From the NCBI RefSeq assembly GCF_030013595.1, contig NZ_CP122768.1: 64,000 bases of DNA; one strand, given 5' to 3'. The position numbers and the translations under genes are program-made. The stretch's first letter is position 1. Each line of letters starts with the position of its first letter. Source of the stretch: Escherichia coli (GTDB lineage: Bacteria; Pseudomonadota; Gammaproteobacteria; Enterobacterales; Enterobacteriaceae). Below the pieces are notes generated by a model that made no database searches, was not told the origin of the DNA, and saw only the letters and a program-made list of their open reading frames with translations. Positions 15,276 through 22,461 of this stretch are shown here, piece by piece.

Positions 15276-15637
15276 GCCGTAGCCCCTTCTTGATATTTTT
15301 CAAACCAGAACACAACTGGGTCAGATTTCATTTCAACCAATCCCATACGAACCAGCGCTTTGCCTTTCCCGGACGCAAGGAATTCACGACGACCATCACT
15401 GATAATTCGCCGATAATCTTCCAGACTACTGCAATGCTTGTGCAGATTGCATGGGTGGCATGCCGGAACCATGTTGGATATATCGTCACGTTCCTGGTGA
15501 AGCATATTTCCATCAAAACGAATGACCGGTTTTACATGGTCTGCATGCCACTTTTCGCCAAGTTCGCAGCCGCAATAAGCACAGCGACCGCCGAACTTCA
15601 TGCGCAGCTCTGCACGTTGTTTTTTCGTCAGTGCCAT
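15272..15637 (-). CDS. HNH endonuclease (121 aa)
   Basis: [20 protein letters not shown]...[14 protein letters not shown] is an HNH motif. Start at ATG 15637 with an AAGGAA RBS. Confidence 0.8.
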   Translation of the reverse strand: MALTKKQRAELRMKFGGRCAYCGCELGEKWHADHVKPVIRFDGNMLHQERDDISNMVPACHPCNLHKHCSSLEDYRRIISDGRREFLASGKGKALVRMGLVEMKSDPVVFWFEKYQEGATA

Positions 15638-15638
15638 A

Positions 15639-15857
15639 TCAGCTTTCCTTATACGGATTAATTTTATTGTGCAGTGTGTTGAACGACGCCCACACCACGT
15701 CGTTATACAATTCAATAACTGGCTCAATTATTTTCACGATAAACCAGACCAGTAATAGCGGGGATATCGGTATCATCAACACGATAAATATAATGAGAAA
15801 CAAAAATTCTGTCGCTCTACTTTTTCTCGGATATTCTTTTCTGAATAATGTAGTCAT
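15639..15857 (-). CDS. Small AT-rich membrane protein (72 aa)
   Basis: Central hydrophobic stretch FLFLIIFIVLMIPISPLLLVWFIV. Confidence 0.4.
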   Translation of the reverse strand: MTTLFRKEYPRKSRATEFLFLIIFIVLMIPISPLLLVWFIVKIIEPVIELYNDVVWASFNTLHNKINPYKES

Positions 15858-15889
15858 TTCTTACCGCCCTTTCGGGCGGCCTCCTGACA

Positions 15890-16102
15890 TTAATCATTGT
15901 GATAACTCATAGTTTCATTTGCAGCATCAACTGGATCAACATCCCACCAGCAATAATTTTGGTCGAGTCCTTCAGGTGTCCACGGCTCTAATTCATTTTT
16001 TACCGCATTCTCGTCACCAGTAATTTTAAAAATCTGCTCAGAAAATTTCCTCACCCACTCGTTATATTTTTCCGCATTAATGGTTTTCTGTGTATTTAAC
16101 AT
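15890..16102 (-). CDS. Small acidic hypothetical protein (70 aa)
   Basis: ORF only. Confidence 0.4.
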   Translation of the reverse strand: MLNTQKTINAEKYNEWVRKFSEQIFKITGDENAVKNELEPWTPEGLDQNYCWWDVDPVDAANETMSYHND

Positions 16103-16152
16103 AGATATGCCTCCAGTTAAGGATTTGATTTTATTTACAGTGCTAAATTTAA

Positions 16153-16509
16153 TTATTCAGTTCTGGATTTTGTCGCCCTGCGTATCCGCGCTTTCGCGTT
16201 ACGCTCAATCTGAATTAACTTTTCTATATTTTTCCGTCTTTCCTGTTCCTCCTGGCGCAATAGCCTTACATCATCTGCCAGTCTGGTTTCTCTTTTCGCC
16301 ACAGAGAGCATCCAGTCAAACGGCTCCACAACTGCACCGCAGATTTTACAGCGGACCTGACGCTCTTTTTCGTCAACCCGAACAGAGGCGTGATGACAAT
16401 ATGCTCTTTCCGATGGCTCATAAAGAAAATTAACCTGATTACGTGGGTCATCCTCTTTTACCGGAAATAAAACGATATTGCTTAACTCATCTTCTGGTTT
16501 TATTTCCAT
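16153..16509 (-). CDS. Hypothetical protein, possible zinc-binding plus coiled coil (118 aa)
   Basis: YCHH...CKICG motif followed by a charged helical tail. Start chosen at ATG 16509. Confidence 0.45.
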   Translation of the reverse strand: MEIKPEDELSNIVLFPVKEDDPRNQVNFLYEPSERAYCHHASVRVDEKERQVRCKICGAVVEPFDWMLSVAKRETRLADDVRLLRQEEQERRKNIEKLIQIERNAKARIRRATKSRTE

Positions 16510-16566
16510 GCTCTTCTCCTTTGATGTGAATGCCAGCGGTAATTGAAGCCTGATAGCTAATTTCAT

Positions 16567-16989
16567 TCACAGTATCGCCTCCTGAAATTTACCCTGATAG
16601 AAAGCCAGTACACGCTGCATAGCTGCGCTCTTCCGGCACTCGCTACAGATTATGTTCTGACGCCTGTCGTAGCGGCGTATTTCTCCGTCTGGTAATGACC
16701 AGATAAGGTCCGGATCAACCACAGATGTTTTCTTCAGATTTGCCCTTGAGAGTTTTTTGCGGGCATTTTGCCAGTCCTTACGCGCCTGCGCTGACGGGAA
16801 TAACCCGTAACCAGAGTTGTATACATCGCCGCTGGCAACCAGCTCTCTTGCGAGAACGCTCATCAGATATCTTGTTGCCCCAGTTTTAGCTTCCAGTTGT
16901 CGTAACGTCTCTCGCCCGCTCTGGCGTACGAGATCAACAATCTGCCCTTTAATTTTTTCCCGCTCTTCCTGTGTAAATACTTTTGCCAT
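16567..16989 (-). CDS. Hypothetical nin-region protein (140 aa)
   Basis: Start at ATG 16989 preceded by GGGGAGGG. MAKVFTQEEREKIKGQIVDL... Confidence 0.5.
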   Translation of the reverse strand: MAKVFTQEEREKIKGQIVDLVRQSGRETLRQLEAKTGATRYLMSVLARELVASGDVYNSGYGLFPSAQARKDWQNARKKLSRANLKKTSVVDPDLIWSLPDGEIRRYDRRQNIICSECRKSAAMQRVLAFYQGKFQEAIL

Positions 16990-17005
16990 AAGCCCTCCCC
17001 TGGAA

Positions 17006-17731
17006 TCACTTTTCCGACACAATACGACTGGAGGAATCAACAATCTGTCGGACAATATCCCGGTGCTTGTTCAGCTCCCGCAGCGCGGCGCAGACTCGCT
17101 CCCACTTCTGGACATGACTTTTCGCCCGGCGCAGTTCGCGGTTTGCCATATGCAGCGATGGTAAAATCAGGCCATTCGCTCGCGTTTCAGTGAACGATGG
17201 CAGTGACTGCACAAGGTCCGCCACAGTTTCTGTTTTAATTTCCTCCTGTGTTGCCGCTTCCTGTACTGGTAACGCAACACCGGCTGGCTGAGGAAAGGCT
17301 TTACCAGATGTTTTCGCTACCGATACAACTTTCGGCTCTGCTGGTAAATTACCGTCCGGCAGGCAGTAACGAAATTTACCGTTCTGATTTACGCGAATCA
17401 GACGACCTTTGCTGATGGCCATAGCCAGCGATGAGTTCACCCTGCGGGAAGTAATTCTGAATATCAGTGCAAGTTCATCAGCCGCTTTAGGGCCATGCTG
17501 TTCAATCGCCTCGATCAGCATTTGCGCTGTCACTTTAGAAGCCTGTGCCACAGATGCGTTTTCGTCGGTTTGAGTCAACCACCACATCGGGCCCTTGTTA
17601 TCAGCTTCCCCGCGACGCTTCAGTTTCCACAGCTCGTTAATCGCCTCATCCCGGGTCATTCCCAGACGTGCTGCCACTTCCTGGGAAGAGGCTTTTCCCA
17701 TTGCTTTCAGTGCGTCAAAAACGGTCTCCAT
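17006..17731 (-). CDS. DUF1627-like phage protein (241 aa)
   Basis: METVFDALKAMGKASSQEVAARLGMTRDEAINELWKLKRRGE... has a wHTH-like N-terminus. It recalls the DUF1627 proteins of Stx/lambdoid prophages (from memory). Confidence 0.5.
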   Translation of the reverse strand: METVFDALKAMGKASSQEVAARLGMTRDEAINELWKLKRRGEADNKGPMWWLTQTDENASVAQASKVTAQMLIEAIEQHGPKAADELALIFRITSRRVNSSLAMAISKGRLIRVNQNGKFRYCLPDGNLPAEPKVVSVAKTSGKAFPQPAGVALPVQEAATQEEIKTETVADLVQSLPSFTETRANGLILPSLHMANRELRRAKSHVQKWERVCAALRELNKHRDIVRQIVDSSSRIVSEK

Positions 17732-17765
17732 TAAAATTTCCTCCCGGTAAAAATTACTTCTCAAC

Positions 17766-18431
17766 TCAAACAAAACCAGCCGCTTTCCGGCGTTCATATT
17801 CCTGTTTCAGCAACTCAATTGGCGTTGGTCCCGACGGGTGTTTGGGTGCCGCCAGTTGTCGCCGGACTGGCGGAATGCTCAGGCCATTACCAACATGCTT
17901 TGCCCATTTCGTCAGTTGCCATTCTGCAAGCCGTTTTAACTCCCCTTCGGTCATCTGGCGCTCAATCCCCTTTGAACGCATCTCGAGGCAAATGTGATAC
18001 AGCACAGGCTGAGACCACGGGTACTTATCACTTCCGTCGTATCGCCAGGACTCATTGCGCCAGCGGCGGTACTCCTCCATCACAGCATCCACCGTCAGAC
18101 CAAATGGATTGGCTCCGCTTTCCGAAATCAGCGCCACAAACTCAGCCAGGTCCGGAGGCCATGTTTCACCCGCCCGGCAGCGGTCCATGCACTGGCGGCA
18201 GACCTGCCGGATTTGCTGCTCAGTCATCGCGCCAATCTGTGCAATCCAGAGCTTCGAAGGTGCGGCCCCGTTCTTCTGGGTCCAGCGGTTCGAATAAACC
18301 TCCCCCATGAGTTCCCACAGCTTCCAGGCCGTTTCCGTCGCTGATAAATCCGTTTTCACGTTCCCACTGCTCACGTGCTGCCCGAATTTCCTGAACTGCT
18401 CGTGATGCGGTGCCACCTGGTGCTGCTGCAT
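17766..18431 (-). CDS. Replication protein P-like (helicase loader), 221 aa
   Basis: Aligns by eye with lambda P (..GAMTEQQIRQV../..PPDLAEFVALI../..YPW..HICLEMR..). Follows the O-like gene. Confidence 0.7.
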   Translation of the reverse strand: MQQHQVAPHHEQFRKFGQHVSSGNVKTDLSATETAWKLWELMGEVYSNRWTQKNGAAPSKLWIAQIGAMTEQQIRQVCRQCMDRCRAGETWPPDLAEFVALISESGANPFGLTVDAVMEEYRRWRNESWRYDGSDKYPWSQPVLYHICLEMRSKGIERQMTEGELKRLAEWQLTKWAKHVGNGLSIPPVRRQLAAPKHPSGPTPIELLKQEYERRKAAGFV

Positions 18432-19245
18432 GGTTTACCCCCTTGCTGACTGGTTTAACCTGCGCCCTGACGTGATTTACGTGACGGGCGAATTTCTGCT
18501 CCCACTGAATCTGCGTGAACACTTTCCCCTCCGCTGCCCAGTAGTCCCGGAAGGCTGCAAATTCAGCTGGTGTAAATTCCGGCTCAGGCAGAGCCACTCC
18601 CCACAGAGCAGCCCGTCGTCGAAAATCCGGCGACGGATGCCAGCCATCGGTCATCGGAAATTTCCCGATGGGTTCGCTCATGCCGTCCAGATATTCGGGC
18701 TCCGGTGTCTGCGATGGCGTACCGTTCGACTCACTGGTCGTAGCTCTCTCGCGCACGCGCGCGTTATGTGTGGGGTTTAATTCTTTATCTGTATCTTTAT
18801 CTGTCGTGACTCGTCGTGACATGTCGTGACATATGCGTGACTCGTCGTGACACCCCTCATTCTGTTTTCGTAATTTTTCCCTCTCGCGCTGCGCTCTCTT
18901 GCGCTCTGCCGGGGATTTCGCGGTTTGTGAAACGTTGCCATTGTCCTCTTTCAGTACCTGGCGTTTTTCCCATCCAGTGATTAAATCACCATCAAGTACC
19001 CGCCCCTGCATCGTCTGCAAAATTGAATCAATTACCTCTTCTGTCACGTCGAGCGCACTTGCCAAATCTTCTGTCGTGACATCAATGTGACCTCGCGTGA
19101 CATTTCGTGACGCGCTCACCAGGAGGTGGATATACACTGCCATCACTGTTGCAATTGGCTGCCCTGACACCCTGGCAATTGTTCGCCACTTAGGGTCATT
19201 TGGCATGTCATGCCATAATCTGAGCCAAGCGTTAGCCATACTCAC
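18220..19245 (-). CDS. Replication initiator (O-like function) containing the origin iterons (341 aa)
   Basis: N-terminal wHTH-like region (MANAWLRLWHDMPNDPKWRTIARVSG...). Two clusters of CGTGAC iterons lie inside the gene. Sits between the ydaT-like and P-like genes. Its 3' 212 nt overlap the P-like ORF. Confidence 0.65.
   Translation of the reverse strand: MSMANAWLRLWHDMPNDPKWRTIARVSGQPIATVMAVYIHLLVSASRNVTRGHIDVTTEDLASALDVTEEVIDSILQTMQGRVLDGDLITGWEKRQVLKEDNGNVSQTAKSPAERKRAQREREKLRKQNEGCHDESRICHDMSRRVTTDKDTDKELNPTHNARVRERATTSESNGTPSQTPEPEYLDGMSEPIGKFPMTDGWHPSPDFRRRAALWGVALPEPEFTPAEFAAFRDYWAAEGKVFTQIQWEQKFARHVNHVRAQVKPVSKGVNHAAAPGGTASRAVQEIRAAREQWERENGFISDGNGLEAVGTHGGGLFEPLDPEERGRTFEALDCTDWRDD
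18801..18851. repeat. Origin iteron cluster 1: five tandem ~10-bp repeats NN(G)TCGTGAC, preceded by an AT-rich tandem TCTTTATCTGT x2
   Basis: ctgtcgtgac tcgtcgtgac atgtcgtgac atatgcgtgac tcgtcgtgac, read directly. Confidence 0.65.
19071..19111. repeat. Origin iteron cluster 2: four ~10-bp repeats ending in GTGAC
   Basis: ctgtcgtgac atcaatgtgac ctcgcgtgac atttcgtgac, plus an inverted copy (gtcacg) near 19044. Confidence 0.55.
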
Positions 19246-19310
19246 CTCTTCTGATACCGAATCTTTTTACTCACGAGTTGCCGGAAGTGATTCGATATGG
19301 CTATTGTCAG

Positions 19311-19736
19311 TCAATGTACTGCCACAGCATTTCCTGCCGGGCCACCACGGTTCATCTGATTGAAACCGGCGATTGCCACTGCGACAAAATCATCAGCGTC
19401 TCTCACCAGTCGCTCCCGCGTCTCCACCAGCTCCCGAAAATAAGCTGAACTGTGGCTGCGCATTCTGGCCACCAGCAAAGGTGGCATTGCCTTTTCGATC
19501 GCTGGTAACAACGTCTGAATTTTTTCAACTGCATCAGGGGTGTCTTTCTCTACCCAGCGGAAAATTTTCTGGGTATTGCGAGCCAGGGCTTCCGGATGGC
19601 TATCGTCATACAGTTCAGGAAACGTCATACCCAACTCAAAATAAGCCTGGGTTATTCCAGCTGCTGGAACTTTTTCGCCATCAGGACGCGCCCAGGCATT
19701 CATCGCCATGCGGATGTGTTCATGCTTGATTTTCAT
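19311..19736 (-). CDS. ydaT: YdaT-family (CII-like) protein (141 aa)
   Basis: MKIKHEHIRMAMNAWARPDGEK... is as I remember Rac YdaT. Positioned directly after the cro-like gene. Confidence 0.7.
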   Translation of the reverse strand: MKIKHEHIRMAMNAWARPDGEKVPAAGITQAYFELGMTFPELYDDSHPEALARNTQKIFRWVEKDTPDAVEKIQTLLPAIEKAMPPLLVARMRSHSSAYFRELVETRERLVRDADDFVAVAIAGFNQMNRGGPAGNAVAVH

Positions 19737-19758
19737 GAATCATTTGCCTCTTGATGTT

Positions 19759-20055
19759 TCAGGTATGATCAAATGAGGATTTGTTACTGTCATTTAGTTG
19801 CTTCACTGACATATTCTGCGAACAACATGCCGAACGTCGTAAATATGACCAGTCAATATCAGGACGAAGTTCTTCGCACAGAACCTCACCTCTTGTTGCA
19901 CGTTCAATTGCTGGACATCTCTCGGCAGGCAATTGACGTACCCCTTTGATCCATTGATTTACGCTTGGAGGTGATACACCTAAAAGCCTAGCCATTGCTG
20001 ATTGCCCACCGACAACAGCACAAGCTTGCTTGAATGAATAGTTCTCTTTTTTCAT
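19759..20055 (-). CDS. ydaS: Cro-like HTH regulator, YdaS family (98 aa)
   Basis: MKKENYSFKQACAVVGGQSAMARLLGVSPPSVNQWIKG contains an HTH. Divergent from the repressor gene across an operator-rich 123-bp region. Confidence 0.75.
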   Translation of the reverse strand: MKKENYSFKQACAVVGGQSAMARLLGVSPPSVNQWIKGVRQLPAERCPAIERATRGEVLCEELRPDIDWSYLRRSACCSQNMSVKQLNDSNKSSFDHT

Positions 20056-20081
20056 CGAATGAACTCCAAAAACACACAGAA

Positions 20082-20150
20082 ATATTAGGCGACGCCTAAC
20101 ACAAATGTCAATAGGCTGTGCCTAATGCGATAAAGGTAGGAATTGCCTAA
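20082..20150. promoter_or_regulatory. OR-like region: three operators TTAGGC-N3-GCCTAA (20085-20099, 20111-20125, 20136-20150) overlapping a minus-strand pR (TTGACA 20106-20111, TAATAT 20082-20087)
   Basis: Palindromic half-sites read directly. The promoter hexamers are near-consensus with an 18-nt spacer. Confidence 0.65.
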
Positions 20151-20178
20151 TACAATGAGCATAGGAGAATATTAAGCA

Positions 20179-20655
20179 ATGCTTAGTGGTAAAGACTTAG
20201 GCCGAGCGATAGAGCAGGCCATTAACAAAAAAATCGCATCGGGATCCGTCAAATCAAAGGCGGAGGTCGCACGCCACTTCAAAGTCCAACCACCATCAAT
20301 TTATGACTGGATTAAGAAAGGCTCTATAAGTAAAGATAAACTTCCAGAATTATGGCGTTTCTTTTCTGATGTTGTTGGTCCAGAGCATTGGGGGCTTAAC
20401 GAATACCCCATACCAACCCCCACCAATTCAGATACAAAAAGTGAACTTTTAGATATAAACAACCTTTATCAAGCAGCCTCTGATGAAATAAGAGCGATTG
20501 TAGCTTTCCTGTTATCTGGAAATGCTACAGAACCAGATTGGGTTGACCACGATGTTCGCGCCTACATAGCAGCGATGGAAATGAAAGTGGGTAAGTATCT
20601 GAAAGCTCTAGAATCTGAACGGAAAAGCCAGAACATCACAAAAACTGGAACTTAA
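20179..20655 (+). CDS. Prophage repressor, RacR-like HTH protein without a recognisable S24 peptidase domain (158 aa)
   Basis: HTH segment KSKAEVARHFKVQPPSIYDWIKKG. Divergent from the cro-like gene. RBS AGGAGA. AT-rich. Confidence 0.7.
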   Translation: MLSGKDLGRAIEQAINKKIASGSVKSKAEVARHFKVQPPSIYDWIKKGSISKDKLPELWRFFSDVVGPEHWGLNEYPIPTPTNSDTKSELLDINNLYQAASDEIRAIVAFLLSGNATEPDWVDHDVRAYIAAMEMKVGKYLKALESERKSQNITKTGT

Positions 20656-20750
20656 ACTTATATGGTCTGACGGAAAACTCCTGGATTCCGTTATTTAACC
20701 CCCCATCACTTTCTGCTGTCGCCATCACCTATTAGGTTACGATCAAAACA

Positions 20751-20793
20751 TTAGGCATAGCCTATTGACAATCAATTAGGCATTACCTATAGT
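20751..20793 (+). promoter_or_regulatory. OL/pL-like region: consensus promoter TTGACA (20765-20770)-17 nt-TATAGT (20788-20793) overlapped by two TTAGGC-N3-(G/A)CCTAT operators (20751-20765, 20776-20790)
   Basis: Read directly. Same half-site as the OR operators. Confidence 0.65.
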
Positions 20794-20970
20794 TCCAGCA
20801 TACCACCCACCCCGCCCCACAGAACGCAGGGCAATACTTCGAGTTACCAGGCAGTGGTCAGGGGTTAAGTAGCCAGCCCGAGGCGTAAGAACATGACGGC
20901 AGGGTTCAACTTTAACTATGCAGCAGGTTTTTGTTCCGCCACCCCGGCGTTAAGGGGAAATGAGGTCAGC

Positions 20971-21126
20971 ATGGATACTATCGATCTTGGCAACAGCGAA
21001 TCTCTGGTATGTGGCGTGTTCCCCAACCAGGACGGCACGTTCACTGCGATGACGTATACCAAAAGCAAAACGTTTAAAACCGAATCTGGCGCGCGTCGCT
21101 GGCTGGAAAGAAACTCAGGTGAGTGA
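20971..21126 (+). CDS. Small early-left protein (51 aa), YdaF-like by size and position
   Basis: MDTIDLGNSESLVCGVFPNQDGTFTAMTYTKSKTFKTESGARRWLERNSGE. RBS GAGG. First ORF after pL. Confidence 0.5.
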   Translation: MDTIDLGNSESLVCGVFPNQDGTFTAMTYTKSKTFKTESGARRWLERNSGE

Positions 21127-21127
21127 T

Positions 21128-21256
21128 ATGGATTTCGACACAATCATGGAAAAGGCTTACGAAGAATACTTCGAAGGCCTTGCCGAAGGCGAAGAAGCTC
21201 TCAGCTTCAGTGAGTTTAAACAGGCGCTTTCCAGCTCGGCAAAATCTAACGGCTGA
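21128..21256 (+). CDS. Small acidic early-left protein (42 aa)
   Basis: MDFDTIMEKAYEEYFEGLAEGEEALSFSEFKQALSSSAKSNG. Its ATG lies 1 nt after the previous stop (TGATATG). Too short for the ORF track. Confidence 0.4.
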   Translation: MDFDTIMEKAYEEYFEGLAEGEEALSFSEFKQALSSSAKSNG

Positions 21257-21285
21257 TAAGCGAAGCAGCACCGCGAGGAATCAGT

Positions 21286-21504
21286 ATGCAGAAACGAGAA
21301 CCCGTCATCATCGCGCCAGACTATACCGATGATGAACTTTATGAGTGGATGCGCCAGAAAATTAATGCAGCGCAGGATCTGAAATGGGCCAATGAAGCCA
21401 GGGCTAAGCAGGCTGAAAATCTGTCCGCTCTGGAGCAGGATATCACCAGGCTGGAAAAAGCAGCGGCATTAAGCATTGCCAGAATGATTTCATACCCGCG
21501 TTAA
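21286..21504 (+). CDS. Hypothetical early-left protein (72 aa)
   Basis: ORF with a coiled-coil-like sequence. Confidence 0.5.
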   Translation: MQKREPVIIAPDYTDDELYEWMRQKINAAQDLKWANEARAKQAENLSALEQDITRLEKAAALSIARMISYPR

Positions 21505-21639
21505 TAGCTAACCAACGAAGCTAAGGTTGGTAATTAAGGAGTTCTCCACGGGTCAGGTGGAGTGCGTGCGCCGGACACGGGTGAGCATCCGGTACGTTCT
21601 TTAAAAATCTGGATAGTCCCAACTTATTTAAACGGTTAA

Positions 21640-22071
21640 TTATCTTGAGTTCATCCAGAACTTATTATTGCAAGCGAGGCAAAAAGTACGAAAATGAGCA
21701 TCAAAGCGCATTATTTCCATTGGCTGAAGTACAGATATTACCTTTTTTCCAAAACATTGTGGGCAAAGATACACAGTTATCTCAGTATCGCCTATAAATT
21801 GCTTCTTGGAATATACAAGGGTTCCAGAATCAAGCTTGTTAAGCTTGTAACCTTCCGCCTGTCGCTGAAAATCTTCTGTCTCTGCAATTTTTGCTTTGAG
21901 ATGCATTATCTCTTCATCACGAAAGCGGATCGCATCGCAAAGAGAGAAGCATTCCGCCTGAAGCGTGATTAGTTTGTTCTGAAGTTCAATAGTTGCGGCT
22001 TTAACTTCTGCATCCGTTTTTGCGTCATTAATAACCTTAGCGAGACCAGCTGTCTCCTTTATCGCAGCCAT
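21640..22071 (-). CDS. Coiled-coil plus C-terminal zinc-ribbon protein of unknown function (143 aa), antisense to the early-left operon at the sieB-equivalent position
   Basis: MAAIKETAGLAKVINDAKTDAEVKAATIELQNKLITLQAE...CPQC...CLAC. About 35% GC in a spot count. Own TATAAT promoter. Start chosen at ATG 22071. Confidence 0.55.
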   Translation of the reverse strand: MAAIKETAGLAKVINDAKTDAEVKAATIELQNKLITLQAECFSLCDAIRFRDEEIMHLKAKIAETEDFQRQAEGYKLNKLDSGTLVYSKKQFIGDTEITVYLCPQCFGKKVISVLQPMEIMRFDAHFRTFCLACNNKFWMNSR

Positions 22072-22111
22072 AGCCGCTGACAGTTCTGCTATCACGTTGA
22101 GTACTCTTCTC

Positions 22112-22156
22112 GTTGTTGGGGATATCCGGATTATACAAATTTCTTGTTGTTGGGGA
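22112..22156 (-). promoter_or_regulatory. Candidate promoter of the 21640-22071 gene: -10 TATAAT (22130-22135) bracketed by two perfect 11-nt direct repeats TCCCCAACAAC (22112-22122 and 22146-22156)
   Basis: Read directly. The repeats sit at about +1 and -35, like operators. Confidence 0.45.
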
Positions 22157-22286
22157 ATAACAGGAACCACCTCGCCTGACGTGGTTAAAAGCAGGCACAC
22201 AACGCGAAAGCGTACGGCGAGGTAGCTGGTTCATAGATAGCCTGTCGTTAAATTTTCGTCGACCGTGCACTTCCGGTTGTGGCAAT

Positions 22287-22457
22287 CCGCGAAATGGCGC
22301 GGCGGTAAGTATGGCTGGGTTATCCTTACCCCATTAGTGGCACCGGGTTGTCAGGTTGACCATACGCTTAAGTGACAACCCCGCTGCAACAACCCATGTT
22401 GATTACCTTTTGGCGGGTATCCGTTTTTTGTTTTCCCTTGTGATACCCGCCCTTTTT
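22287..22457 (+). ncRNA. Candidate structured non-coding RNA or cis-acting RNA element: three consecutive hairpins plus an intrinsic terminator
   Basis: Hairpins CCGCG/CGCGG (22287-22302), GGTAAG/CTTACC (22304-22330) and GGGTTGTCA/TGACAACCC (22345-22381), then a 30-nt A/U-rich linker and the terminator at 22412-22457. No credible ORF. No promoter identified. Confidence 0.3.
22412..22457 (+). terminator. Intrinsic terminator within the early-left transcription unit
   Basis: 10-bp stem GGCGGGTATC/GATACCCGCC (20-nt loop) followed by CTTTTT. Confidence 0.6.
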
Positions 22458-22461
22458 AAAG

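Noticed and set aside
18801-18851. CRISPR-like or other spacer-repeat array
   Set aside because: The repeats are 10-bp units with no spacers and lie inside a replication-initiator CDS. I interpret them as origin iterons. No CRISPR array or cas gene occurs anywhere in the window.
22412-22457. DicF-like sRNA (the GGCGGGTATC...CCGCCCTTTTT ending resembles the DicF terminator)
   Set aside because: The upstream sequence does not contain the DicF seed (UUUCUGGUGACGUUUGG, as I recall it). The resemblance is limited to a generic GC-rich terminator.
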